A stretch of DNA of 64,000 nt from Sulfolobales archaeon HS-7. GTDB lineage: Archaea; Thermoproteota; Thermoprotei_A; Sulfolobales; Sulfolobaceae. Each line of letters begins with the position of its first letter. Position 1 is the stretch's first letter. The position numbers and the translations under genes were made by a program. Where the stretch lies: positions 1,696,001-1,760,000 of the forward strand of contig AP024596.1 in assembly GCA_019704295.1 (NCBI GenBank), written 5' to 3'. The notes below the pieces were generated by a model. That model did no database searches. It was given only the letters and a program-made list of their open reading frames with translations, and was not told where the DNA came from. Positions 19,455 to 29,028 of this stretch are shown here, piece after piece.

Positions 19455-21123
19455 TAGGTTCCCTATATTCTCCCCACACCTCTCGTAATGTGCTACTTAT
19501 CTCCCCAACAGTTGCACCTACTCTGACAGCTTTAAGAATAGCTGGAAAGAGGTTGGTCTCGGTTTCAGCTAACTTCCTGATCTCATTTAGGGCAGAGTCA
19601 ACCTTGATTTCATCCCTAGAATTCCTCAGAACTTTCAATCTATTTAAAACGTTTTGCCGGGTTTCCAGATTAACTCTAAATATCTCTATGTCCTTTTCCC
19701 ATCCCTCCTCCACGAAGGAGTTAACTCCCACAACTTCTATATCCCCCTCTTCAATTCTCCTTTGAAGTTTGTAGGCACTCTCCGCGATCTTGACTTGAGG
19801 ATATCCAACTTCAATTGCCCTAATCATTCCACCCATTTGCTTTATTTTGTCTAATTCCTTCCATATCTCCTCTTCTATATAATCTGTAAGCCATTCTATG
19901 TAATACGAGCCGCCTAGCGGATCTATAGTATCCGTTGCTCCGCTTTCATGGGCTATAATCTGCTGAACCCTAATTGCAATTTTTGCAGCTTTTTCCGTAG
20001 GAAGTCCAAGGGCTTCGTCGTAAGAATTTACGTGAAGGCTCTGGGTACCTCCTAGAACTGCAGCAAGAGCCTGAAGTGTAGTCCGTATTATGTTTATTTC
20101 AGGTTGCTGAGCCGTTAATTCTGCGCCTCCAGTTTGAGAGTGAAACCTGAGGAGCATCGATTCCCTCTTTTTCGCACCGTACTCCTCTTTCATCAGTCTA
20201 GCCCATACCCTTCTGGCCGCCCTGAACTTAGCTATTTCCTCAAAAATGTCTAGATAGCTTGCAAAGAAAAAGGAAAGTCTTGGCGCGAAATCGTCTATTG
20301 AAAGTCCACGTTCTAACACCCTATTAACGTACTCCATTGCGTCTCCTATTGTAAACGCTACCTCCTGTATTGCAGTGGAACCCGCTTCCCTTATATGGTA
20401 ACCGCTTATACTAATGGGATTCCATTTAGGTAAATTTCTTGCAGAGTATTCTATGAGATCTGCAGCATACCGCATGGAATTTAATGGGGGGTAGACGTAG
20501 TTTTTCCTCGCTATGTACTCCTTTAAAATATCATTCTGGACAGTCCCTTCAATAACTTGAGCTTGGATTCCCCTGTACTCAGCCGTGATCATATACATGG
20601 AAAGTAATTCGATTGCGGTTGCATTAATCGTCATAGAAGTACTAACTTTGTCCATGGGAATTCCGTTCATCACTACGTCCATTTCCTTCCAATTTGACAT
20701 TGAAACGCCAACAACACCCACTTCGGATAGGGCCAATTCGTTATCTGGGTCCAATCCCAGCTGAGTAGGTAAATCGAAAGCAATACTGAGTCCTGTCTGT
20801 CCTGCATTAAGGAGTTGTTTAAATCTTGAGTTTGTTTCCTCTGCGGAACCGTAACCCGCGTATTGCCTTATAGTCCACAATCTACCCCTATACATGGTTG
20901 GATATATCCCTCTTGTAAAAGGGTATTCTCCAGGAAAACCAAGTTTATTTAAATAGTCTTCACTTACGTCCAGAGGAGAGTAAAGTCGGTTAATCTCTAT
21001 CCCAGATCTAGTTAGAAATTTACCCTTCCTCTCCCCCCTTTTTTTAATGAAACTGCTTAGAACTTCCTGCTCCCATTCCTTATATTTCTCCTCTATATCC
21101 ATGAGATTAAGTCGTATTACCAA
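19444..21123 (-). CDS. mcmA: Methylmalonyl-CoA mutase, large (substrate-binding) subunit
   Basis: PGEYPFTRG, WTIRQYAGY, QNDILKEY, SISGYHIREAG and QSLHVNSYDEA; no B12-binding domain. Confidence 0.95.
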   Translation of the reverse strand: MVIRLNLMDIEEKYKEWEQEVLSSFIKKRGERKGKFLTRSGIEINRLYSPLDVSEDYLNKLGFPGEYPFTRGIYPTMYRGRLWTIRQYAGYGSAEETNSRFKQLLNAGQTGLSIAFDLPTQLGLDPDNELALSEVGVVGVSMSNWKEMDVVMNGIPMDKVSTSMTINATAIELLSMYMITAEYRGIQAQVIEGTVQNDILKEYIARKNYVYPPLNSMRYAADLIEYSARNLPKWNPISISGYHIREAGSTAIQEVAFTIGDAMEYVNRVLERGLSIDDFAPRLSFFFASYLDIFEEIAKFRAARRVWARLMKEEYGAKKRESMLLRFHSQTGGAELTAQQPEINIIRTTLQALAAVLGGTQSLHVNSYDEALGLPTEKAAKIAIRVQQIIAHESGATDTIDPLGGSYYIEWLTDYIEEEIWKELDKIKQMGGMIRAIEVGYPQVKIAESAYKLQRRIEEGDIEVVGVNSFVEEGWEKDIEIFRVNLETRQNVLNRLKVLRNSRDEIKVDSALNEIRKLAETETNLFPAILKAVRVGATVGEISSTLREVWGEYREPIIF

Positions 21124-21295
21124 ATATTATGTATTCTCCAGACCCAATTTCCTCTGAGCAGGACGTGAATACCATTTCCTACACTTTAGAGATAATTTCA
21201 GTTATTTTCGATTACTTTCTGGGACCGAATAGCAAAAAATAGAAGGCCGTAATTCGTCACCAATCAGGTTACTTAACACTAGTGAGTTTTCTGAT

Positions 21296-21850
21296 TCATC
21301 TTGTACAAACTTTTATGAAGTTTTCAAAGACGAGTTGACCCATTTGAGTATGCTTTACCTCAGGGTGAAATTGGACTCCGAATATTGAATCCTTATTGTT
21401 AGCTACCGCCTGTATAGTACTTTCCTGGCTTATTGCCAGCACCTTAAAATCAGGAGGGGGCTGATAAACCTCATCGGTGTGACTCTCCCAAACGTTAACA
21501 ATATGAGGAAAACCCGTAAGTATTGTGTCGTTATCAATAATCTTGACCTCTGTCATACCGTATTCTGGATTTACAGCACGTCGTACTCCCCCTCCAAAAG
21601 CGTAGTTTATGATTTGATGACCTAAGCAAATTCCTAAAATTGGTCCGTCGAAACTCCTCACCAGCCTCACAGCATGTTCAATTCCTCCATCCACGATGGA
21701 TTGCGGTCCGCCGCTAATCACAATACCGTCCAAACCACTTACCTCCTCTTCGGAAGTTGTTAATATCTTAACCTGAACTCCCATATACTTTAACACTTTT
21801 GTGATGAGGTGGTTATACTGCCCGCCGAAATACATGACGCCTATATTCAA
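21296..21850 (-). CDS. guaAA: GMP synthase glutamine amidotransferase subunit A
   Basis: GGQYNHLI, SGGP, GICLGHQ, WESH and VQFHPEV motifs. Confidence 0.93.
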   Translation of the reverse strand: MNIGVMYFGGQYNHLITKVLKYMGVQVKILTTSEEEVSGLDGIVISGGPQSIVDGGIEHAVRLVRSFDGPILGICLGHQIINYAFGGGVRRAVNPEYGMTEVKIIDNDTILTGFPHIVNVWESHTDEVYQPPPDFKVLAISQESTIQAVANNKDSIFGVQFHPEVKHTQMGQLVFENFIKVCTR

Positions 21851-21897
21851 ACTCTATCCACAATAAATTAATTCATGAGAAATCAATTTAAGAATTA

Positions 21898-23022
21898 ATG
21901 AAAGTCGGAGTTATAGGTTCTGGAACAATGGGACACGGAATTGCGGAAGTTGTCGCCATCAAAAAACACTCCGTCGTACTGATTGATGTAGATTGGAAAT
22001 TCCTAAATAATGCAAAAGAAAAAATATATAATTCCTTAACTAAGTTAGCTCAAAAAGGAGAAATAAAAGATACTCCTGAGGAAGTGATGGAGAGAATAAA
22101 ACTCACGCTAGATTATAAGGAATTAGCCGACGCTGAGTTGATAATCGAAGCTGTCCCAGAAAAGATTGAAATTAAGTCCGATGTATTTAAAAAGGTAGAT
22201 AGTATAATCAATAACGATACCATTCTAGCCTCAAATACAAGTTCGATCCCCATTTCATCGATTGCAGAATTCACTAGCAGAAAGGAAAATGTAATAGGAT
22301 TACACTTCTTTAATCCTCCGCCCCTGATGAAATTAGTAGAGGTGGTACCAAGCAAATTCACCTCAGAGGAGGTTGTGAGGAGAAGCGTTAATATAGTTTC
22401 GGAATTGGGAAAAGTTCCAGTGAAACTGAGAATCGAGGTGCCTGGCTTTGTGAGCAATAGAATATTCTTACGGCTTTTGCAAGAGGGATGTAGAGAAGTA
22501 GAGAACGGTGAGATGAGGGTGGAGGAGTTAGATTCCATGCTAAGACATAAAGTGAAATTACCTATGGGTATATTCGAACTTGCCGATTATACAGGAATCG
22601 ATGTTATAGTTGACATCTGGAACGTGATAGTCTCAGGTGGAGCAGACGATGTACCTTGTTCGTTATATAGGGAAAAGATAGCAAGGGGAGAACTCGGAGT
22701 TAAATCAGGGAAGGGGTTCTACGTCTATCCCGCACCTGGGAAATTCGTTAAACCAGAACTAGTTCCTACGTCTAAAGGGGAACCGGCTAGATTTATATCC
22801 CTCGCGGTGAATGAGGCTGCTTGGCTAGTGGCTAATTATATTGTAAGCAAGGATGACATAGATACAGTTATGAAGCTGGGATTTAACTTCCCTAAAGGGC
22901 TGTTTGAGATGGGTAATGAATTCGGATTTAAGTCAATTATAGACAATTTAGTTGATATCTATACAAGAGGATATAGTGCCTATAAACCTAATGAGTATCT
23001 TTATAATCTTGTTAAGGACTAA
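21898..23022 (+). CDS. 3-hydroxyacyl-CoA dehydrogenase
   Basis: GSGTMGHGIA, IEAVPE, SNTSS, HFFNPP, PGFVSNR and PMGIFELAD motifs. Confidence 0.92.
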   Translation: MKVGVIGSGTMGHGIAEVVAIKKHSVVLIDVDWKFLNNAKEKIYNSLTKLAQKGEIKDTPEEVMERIKLTLDYKELADAELIIEAVPEKIEIKSDVFKKVDSIINNDTILASNTSSIPISSIAEFTSRKENVIGLHFFNPPPLMKLVEVVPSKFTSEEVVRRSVNIVSELGKVPVKLRIEVPGFVSNRIFLRLLQEGCREVENGEMRVEELDSMLRHKVKLPMGIFELADYTGIDVIVDIWNVIVSGGADDVPCSLYREKIARGELGVKSGKGFYVYPAPGKFVKPELVPTSKGEPARFISLAVNEAAWLVANYIVSKDDIDTVMKLGFNFPKGLFEMGNEFGFKSIIDNLVDIYTRGYSAYKPNEYLYNLVKD

Positions 23023-23148
23023 ACTCGTAGCCGAATAGTATAAAGATGGGCTTACAAGTAGCAAACATTACTTAAGTATCTAGCAGCTAAAACTTTTCGG
23101 TTTATCAGAACTTTTTGGCAACTACAAAAATTTAAACTACGTTAAGTA

Positions 23149-23769
23149 TTGACGTACAGGTTGATTAAATATTTCAAGCATTCTATGGTGGTTATCGATA
23201 ATGAGATAGTTATTGACCCTCACGACGGAGTAAGCATAGGTTATGAGAGGCCAGAGATAGAGAAAGTGAACTTAGTTCTCATAACTCATGATCATTACGA
23301 TCACAACGCGTATGAGAGATTAAGTTATGATAAGCTATTCCAAAGTTTTGTAGGTCTTACCGAGTGTAACGGTTGGAAGATACTTGGAGTTCAGGCGTTC
23401 CACGATAAAGTTAGGGGTAAAAAGAGGGGGAAGACGTCGATGTACGTTCTTGAGAAAAAAGGAATAAAGTATACCCACTTAGGAGATTTGGGTCATCCAC
23501 TTGATAGTTCTGCTTTTGAATATATTAAAAATACGAAAGTAATGTTTATTCCATCGGGAGGCGTCACAACTATATCATGGGACGAGGCCATCAATATTAT
23601 CAGAAGGGTAAAACCGGATATAGTGGTACCGATTCATTATTGGTCTCCCGGATGCTTGTTACCACTAGATCCATTGCCTTCGAATCTTCATGTGGAAGGA
23701 TACGAGATAAACAAGCTTAATACCTTCATCGATGAAAGCGAAAAAGTGAAAAAAATTGTTATAATTTAA
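23149..23769 (+). CDS. Metallo-beta-lactamase-fold hydrolase
   Basis: THDHYDH, HLGDLGH and PIHY motifs. Confidence 0.88.
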   Translation: MTYRLIKYFKHSMVVIDNEIVIDPHDGVSIGYERPEIEKVNLVLITHDHYDHNAYERLSYDKLFQSFVGLTECNGWKILGVQAFHDKVRGKKRGKTSMYVLEKKGIKYTHLGDLGHPLDSSAFEYIKNTKVMFIPSGGVTTISWDEAINIIRRVKPDIVVPIHYWSPGCLLPLDPLPSNLHVEGYEINKLNTFIDESEKVKKIVII

Positions 23770-23935
23770 TCTTCTCCACCTTAGCTACAGGAACTATTTC
23801 ATGAGAAATCTCTTCCATAACTAGCTTTTCAATAGCTTTTCTTATTACCTCGCTCCTATTATACCCGTGTTTGGTTGCGTACCTATCTAATAACTCAAAT
23901 ACCTCCTCATCCAACTTAAAGGTTACGACTCTCAT
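23759..23935 (-). CDS. aCcr1: Ribbon-helix-helix cell-cycle regulator aCcr1 (58 aa)
   Basis: Hand-translated, below the ORF cutoff: [58 protein letters not shown]. Matches the Sulfolobales aCcr1 pattern as I recall it (MRVVTFK...LLDRYA...NRSE.IRKAIEK...VPVA.VEKIKL). Confidence 0.88.
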   Translation of the reverse strand: MRVVTFKLDEEVFELLDRYATKHGYNRSEVIRKAIEKLVMEEISHEIVPVAKVEKIKL

Positions 23936-23943
23936 ACTTTCTC

Positions 23944-23954
23944 AGTATTATACT
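23944..23954. promoter_or_regulatory. Putative aCcr1 binding box in its own promoter
   Basis: AGTATTATACT (5-bp arms, 1-nt centre) contains AGTATTA and lies 8 nt from the aCcr1 start codon. Confidence 0.55.
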
Positions 23955-24079
23955 TGTATGCTTAATACATTAAGCGTATTTATCTCGATAATACCGTATT
24001 CCTCTTCTAGTACTCAGACTATAATAAAAAGACTAATATAGGAGTTAAGCGAAAGTATAATTAAGCTAGATGAGGACTA

Positions 24080-24367
24080 ATGCCGACGATACACCTATCG
24101 ATCCCTGATACTCTTTATGAAAAGCTTAGACAGAAGTCTGACGAAATGGGTATACAAATAACCGACCTGGTAAAACTTTACATAAATAACGGCCTAAAAG
24201 AGGACTCAATCAAGGGCAATAATAGGGAAGCAGATGAAATTTTGCTGTATATTGAAGCTAAATTATCCAAATTGGATGCAGTAGTTCTAGATCTAACCAG
24301 AAGAGTTAGGCAGCTTGAGGAAGAGGAATTAAAGGACGTTGAAACAGAAATAATTAAAAACGATTAG
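24080..24367 (+). CDS. CopG/RHH DNA-binding protein with C-terminal coiled coil
   Basis: MPTIHLSIPDTLYEKL...MGIQITDLVKLYI RHH domain followed by a heptad region. Confidence 0.8.
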   Translation: MPTIHLSIPDTLYEKLRQKSDEMGIQITDLVKLYINNGLKEDSIKGNNREADEILLYIEAKLSKLDAVVLDLTRRVRQLEEEELKDVETEIIKND

Positions 24368-24441
24368 TGTAACAAATGTAAAAGGGGCCCATGTGAAACT
24401 TCCTCGTTACCGAGGTAGCATGTACATGGGAGGGTCTACCC

Positions 24442-24495
24442 CCATGATGTGACAGGGACGTTCTGAGAAAATGATGTTAACTAAAAAACTGAATC
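24442..24495 (+). ncRNA. Candidate box C/D guide sRNA
   Basis: ATGATGT (24444) - GACAGGGACGTT - CTGA (24463) - ATGATGT (24471) - 11 nt - CTGA (24489). Confidence 0.68.
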
Positions 24496-24730
24496 ACATC
24501 GCAATTAAAGTAACTGTTTTAAGAATAGAACTATTCTTTCTTATCTTCATCATAAGCTGATTTAACTTATTTAAATCCTCAACCTCAACCTCAGCAACAA
24601 CATCGTACTCGCCATAAACCGCATTTACCGCCTTTATTTCAGAGAACTGCTTTATATATGAGACGACGTCAGTCTCCTTTCCAATAGATGTAACAACAAG
24701 AATATATGCTTTTATATTTCCTTTCTCCAT
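24494..24730 (-). CDS. Stand-alone Lrp/AsnC ligand-binding (RAM) domain protein
   Basis: AYILV...GKE...VYGEYDVVAEVE...IRK...KTVTLI; no HTH domain. Confidence 0.88.
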   Translation of the reverse strand: MEKGNIKAYILVVTSIGKETDVVSYIKQFSEIKAVNAVYGEYDVVAEVEVEDLNKLNQLMMKIRKNSSILKTVTLIAM

Positions 24731-24807
24731 GGCAATTAATAATTAAAGTTCAGATATAAATAGCTAATTATTAGTCAGAAATTTTCCATTTTTGGAGATT
24801 TTTATCC

Positions 24808-25980
24808 TTACCTCAGAAGGACTCTCTCTGGGTCGAATTTCCTTGACGCAAAATATATTATCAAGGCAGACGCAACAGCAGTTGCGACAAGATATAGAAT
24901 GGCGTTTTGCCATAGCCCGGTAGCAAAGGACTGTATTCCGCCAGCAATCTGCACATAGGGTATAACGAGTATTAACGAACTAGGAAAACTCAGATTGGTC
25001 AAATTTAATAACATACCTGCAAACGACGCAAGCATACCTAGAAATAGTATTAGTGTTGATATAAGCTGAACATTTCTCACTGACCCACCAATAGCTATAA
25101 GCACAATTAAACTCAAAGAAGCACTAAGAAATACTGTAACTAGTAATGAGATAAAAACGTATGATAGAAACGATATAGAAAAAGCAAACGATTGGCCTGT
25201 TATATACGGCACGGCTATTGAAAATAGAACGAGTCCTAAGACTTCAGCGAAGGATGAAAGTATTCCCATAATACCACTAGCGATTGACTTACCTATTAAA
25301 AGGTCGAACGTTCTGGAAGGTGTAGCTAAAAGGGACTCTAAGGTTCTTCTCTCCCTCTCTCCTGCAAAAGAGTCAACAACAAACAAAACTACGGGTGTAA
25401 CACTCGGAAACATTACGAAGGATATAATTCTGGATAGTTGAGCTAGCTCCTCATTCTTACTTGAGACGCTAACCCCAGTGGGAGAGACGTAACCCTCTAC
25501 TACGAGTAAAGGATACCTGATCTTTGCAGGAGGTATAGTAGTATTATGTTCCAACTCTAAAATTCTCTGGTAAGATATGTTTACATCTAGTTTATACAAA
25601 GCGTTGTTGGCTATGTCGGAAGCAGAGGAGGATGAAGAAATCAGTGTATATTCGTAAACGTACACACTCCTATTAAGGACCGATGCGTTAATATAAAAGT
25701 TATCAGGAATTACCAACTTTACCGCAGGTTCTTCTGTATAGTTATTAATGTATACTACTGCACCTTGACTTTTCATTGAACTAGCAAGGAAGTTAACATA
25801 CATGTTGTTAAGGGGGTTCTCATTTACGATTAGAATGACAGGTTGATGATAAATCTGAGACGCAACTATTATTCCTCCAATTAATGGAAGTAAAATAAGA
25901 GGCAGAATTATTGAACCCAATATTAACCGCTTATCTCTTCGCAAATCGAGAAGTTCTCTAGACGTAATTACTCGAATCAT
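24808..25980 (-). CDS. ABC-2 type exporter permease (NatB-like)
   Basis: RELLDLRRD and AGERERRTLESLLATP motifs; multiple TM helices. Confidence 0.88.
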   Translation of the reverse strand: MIRVITSRELLDLRRDKRLILGSIILPLILLPLIGGIIVASQIYHQPVILIVNENPLNNMYVNFLASSMKSQGAVVYINNYTEEPAVKLVIPDNFYINASVLNRSVYVYEYTLISSSSSASDIANNALYKLDVNISYQRILELEHNTTIPPAKIRYPLLVVEGYVSPTGVSVSSKNEELAQLSRIISFVMFPSVTPVVLFVVDSFAGERERRTLESLLATPSRTFDLLIGKSIASGIMGILSSFAEVLGLVLFSIAVPYITGQSFAFSISFLSYVFISLLVTVFLSASLSLIVLIAIGGSVRNVQLISTLILFLGMLASFAGMLLNLTNLSFPSSLILVIPYVQIAGGIQSFATGLWQNAILYLVATAVASALIIYFASRKFDPERVLLR

Positions 25981-26729
25981 AACTCTGCCCCCACAGCCTT
26001 TATGAATGCTTCCTCTAAATCACCTGCTGAGAATAATTCCCTTATCTCCTTAGGACTGCCTTGAGCGACAACTCTCCCTTGGTTTATCATAACTATGAAG
26101 TCGCACAACAGCTCTATTTCTAACATATCGTGGGAGGAAAAAAGTATAGTTGATTCCCCTTTTTTACCGATGTCTTTGATCATTTTCCTAATCTTAACAG
26201 CAGATTCGACGTCGAGACCAGAGAGCGGTTCGTCTAAAAGGGCTATAGGAGAATTTGTCATCAGAGTCCTCGCTATCAGAAGTCTCCTTCTCATACCCCT
26301 ACTATAAGTGGACGTCATCTCGTAAATCTTATTCCCTAAATTAGCGATCTTAATACCTCTTTCAAGCATATCCTCAATCTCTTTCTTCTCCCCCTTACTA
26401 TATATCCGGGCGTAGAACTCCAGATTCTCAATTCCAGTTAGCCTCTCATAAGGCGATGCATCCTCTGGTAAATATGATATATATCCTCGGTTTCTCGCTT
26501 CATTAGGGGCAAGTCCGTTTACCTTTACCTCCCCCTCAAACTTGGTAATTATTCCAGAGATTATTCTTATTAATGTAGTTTTCCCGGCTCCATTAGGACC
26601 AACTAAACCAAATACCATGTTTTTATCCAGTTTGAATGAGATTCCGCTAAGTGCCTGCTTTTTTCCAAAGGACTTCCTGACATTGATAACATCAATCGGA
26701 GACACAGTCGCAGTCATACCTATTAACAT
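25977..26729 (-). CDS. ABC exporter ATP-binding subunit
   Basis: GPNGAGKTT, YSRGM, LLDEP and SSH motifs. Confidence 0.93.
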   Translation of the reverse strand: MLIGMTATVSPIDVINVRKSFGKKQALSGISFKLDKNMVFGLVGPNGAGKTTLIRIISGIITKFEGEVKVNGLAPNEARNRGYISYLPEDASPYERLTGIENLEFYARIYSKGEKKEIEDMLERGIKIANLGNKIYEMTSTYSRGMRRRLLIARTLMTNSPIALLDEPLSGLDVESAVKIRKMIKDIGKKGESTILFSSHDMLEIELLCDFIVMINQGRVVAQGSPKEIRELFSAGDLEEAFIKAVGAEL

Positions 26730-26770
26730 TATAATCTGTTAATTTAATCCCTTTTGCAAAAGATAAACTA

Positions 26771-27406
26771 TTGATAGGAGACGTAAGAGATAGAGTTATA
26801 GAGGCTATATTACGATATGGTGATAAATGTAGACTTATCTTGGAGGTAGCTTTAGAACTATCGGAAAGAAATAATGAACTAGGTGATTTCAGCTCAAAGG
26901 AACTCATAGATGAACTTGCAAAGAGAGGCTATGAGATAAATCCGAGCCTAATTTTAAGAAATTTAGAAAAGGAATTTGGAATTATTACGACGACTTACAG
27001 AACATCAAATCAGCACTGGTGGAAATTTATAGATGCAGAAAAGGTGAGAGAAGTTATACAAGACAAAGAAGAAGATCCAGAAGTAGCCTTAATAAGAACA
27101 CAAGTCGCTAGTTTGGACCTTCAGACGATTGAGGGAAAACTAGATTTCATGTTGAGGAAGGAGAGACTTACTGATGTAGATAAGATGAAGTTTAGAGAGA
27201 TAGCGTTTAATGTTCTCCCCCTTATCGTAGATGTCTATAAGAAAACTCTTGAAAGAGAAGAAACATATGAAATAGCAAGCAAACTAAAGAAAATTATACT
27301 AATGGCGGAACAGGTATCGAAAAAAATGGAAAAGGAGAGTACTAAAGAATTTAGAAAGAATACTGCCTACACCCTAAGACAAGAGGCAGTTGAAAGGGAA
27401 CCATAA
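26771..27406 (+). CDS. Hypothetical protein with winged-helix-like N-terminus
   Basis: 211-aa ORF; LGDFS...L...G....P..IL..LEKEFGII.T.Y....QHWW pattern followed by a helical C-terminus. Confidence 0.65.
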   Translation: MIGDVRDRVIEAILRYGDKCRLILEVALELSERNNELGDFSSKELIDELAKRGYEINPSLILRNLEKEFGIITTTYRTSNQHWWKFIDAEKVREVIQDKEEDPEVALIRTQVASLDLQTIEGKLDFMLRKERLTDVDKMKFREIAFNVLPLIVDVYKKTLEREETYEIASKLKKIILMAEQVSKKMEKESTKEFRKNTAYTLRQEAVEREP

Positions 27407-27619
27407 TCACTTAAAGAAAGTAGGGAAAAAGTATATTTTTGTCGTAATTTTAACAATGTTTTTGTTCACTATTTATATTAACAGTAAATTCCTGAGTTTT
27501 GTGTAAGAAACGTTTACAGTCATTAGAGTGGTCGCGCTAGAGTCGAAAAGGACTAGTTAACTTTGTCCTTAGAGTTCCTGTTCATTAGTCGTTTTACTCT
27601 CTTTACATCATTGTAAACT

Positions 27620-27800
27620 AGGCTGCCTTTCAGGACAGGGTTTTATGGCCTCCTCGTTACAAATAGCGTTAGGGCTTCTTGGTTACAAAGGGTATAGTCC
27701 CACTTAATCCTCGTATGTATTCAATGGAGGATGATTGAAGGACATACGTACAAATAGACCTTTACTGGGATGTCTCGGTGATTGCGTAAGTGGCCATTAT
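27620..27800 (-). mobile_element. Decayed IS200/IS605 (tnpB 3'/right-end) remnant
   Basis: The - strand reads GAGGATTAAGTGGGACTATACCC...AAAACCCTGTCCTGAAAGGCAG, resembling Sulfolobales tnpB 3' ends as I recall them; no ORF. Confidence 0.4.
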
Positions 27801-28000
27801 TAATAGTTCTGCAAAGGTCATAAGTATGAGGAGACTATTCATACCTACGAGTCTTTCTCCCATTGTTGTGAAATGAATTTGAAACGTTACCTGAATTGCA
27901 CATAAAAGGTCTTCAATTACTTTCTGACAAATATTATTGGAAATACTGTGGAGTAACCTTGAATTCTGAGAGACATAGTTTTTTGCTTTCAAAATTAAAA

Positions 28001-28056
28001 ATGTCAGTCCGAGAGCTCCTCATCACGCATCAGCCGGTTTGCTTACTCTTCATCTT
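28001..28056 (-). ncRNA. Box C/D double-guide sRNA, probably targeting 23S rRNA domain V
   Basis: ATGAAGA - GTAAGCAAACCGG - CTGA - GTGATGA - GGAGCTCTCGGA - CTGA. The C box overlaps the stop codon of the upstream gene. Confidence 0.82.
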
Positions 28057-28940
28057 CTTATTTTTTTAATTAGATGATCTACTATATATCCTGCTGGCAA
28101 TATTCCAGTGCCGCGCGTAAATCCCTCCCAAAGAGGCGAGGCGTTCACTTCCAATATCTTATACCCCTCACTCGACTCCACAATATCAAGTCCGGCATAG
28201 TCCAAACCCAGTGTTTCCACAGCACTTAATGACAGCTCTTCTAATTCAGATGTAATTTTTACAGTCTGAACTGTACTGCCTTGTGCTACATTGGTCTTCC
28301 AACTTGTCTGATTGATCCTGTAAACTCCGCCCAGGACCTTATCACCTACAACTATAATTCTTATATCCCTTCCTGGCTTCTCCACATATTTCTGTATATA
28401 TACGGGTTGGTTTATGGAGAGAATAGATTTCGAAACTCTGAATGCTATATCAGGGTCTCCTACTCTTACTATTCCTAATCCTAGACTACCCATAACTGGT
28501 TTTATGACCACGTTTCCCCATTCTCTGGTAAGCATCATCGCTTCCATAGGAGTTTCCACAACTGCAGTTTCGGGAACCGGTAACCCTCTTCTCTTGAGTT
28601 TTATAAGGCTTTGATATTTATCTCTAGAGTCCAGGATTCCTTTAGGGCTATTTATCAGAACTACGCCCTGATTTTCAAGTTCTTGTAACACATCTATACG
28701 TTTAACTAATTGCTCAGTTGTTGTAATGAAACCCAAACTCCTTATAATACCTCCGTCTAATTGCATGTCGTGACCGGAATACCTTATATCCAAATGGTCA
28801 GTTATCCACACGCTTAATTTAGATATCCTCAGGTAAAGCGCAGAGTAATTTCTGTCCTTGATACACATTAACAGTTGCCTAGAACTTTCAGTGACCTTAG
28901 GCGATTCATGAATAACACCAAGTCTTATTTGTCCCACCAC
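28050..28940 (-). CDS. RimK-family ATP-grasp alpha-L-glutamate ligase
   Basis: RDKY, PVPET, VIKPVMGSLG, YIQKYV, RDIR, WKTNVAQG, AGLDI and LEVNASP motifs. Confidence 0.9.
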   Translation of the reverse strand: MVGQIRLGVIHESPKVTESSRQLLMCIKDRNYSALYLRISKLSVWITDHLDIRYSGHDMQLDGGIIRSLGFITTTEQLVKRIDVLQELENQGVVLINSPKGILDSRDKYQSLIKLKRRGLPVPETAVVETPMEAMMLTREWGNVVIKPVMGSLGLGIVRVGDPDIAFRVSKSILSINQPVYIQKYVEKPGRDIRIIVVGDKVLGGVYRINQTSWKTNVAQGSTVQTVKITSELEELSLSAVETLGLDYAGLDIVESSEGYKILEVNASPLWEGFTRGTGILPAGYIVDHLIKKIRR

Positions 28941-29028
28941 GGCGAAAATTAAGGCATAAGATTAAATATTTACCTTATGCAAAATTTTTCAAAGACTCCC
29001 TCTCACTTTTTCACATTGTAGCGAAATA

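Noticed and set aside
21235-21302. Partial C/D pattern on the - strand after guaAA (CTGA-TTG-GTGACGA)
   Set aside because: No terminal D box, and spacing to a C box is wrong.
27762-27992. 76-aa - strand ORF
   Set aside because: No motif; lies between a C/D sRNA and an IS relic; likely a chance ORF.
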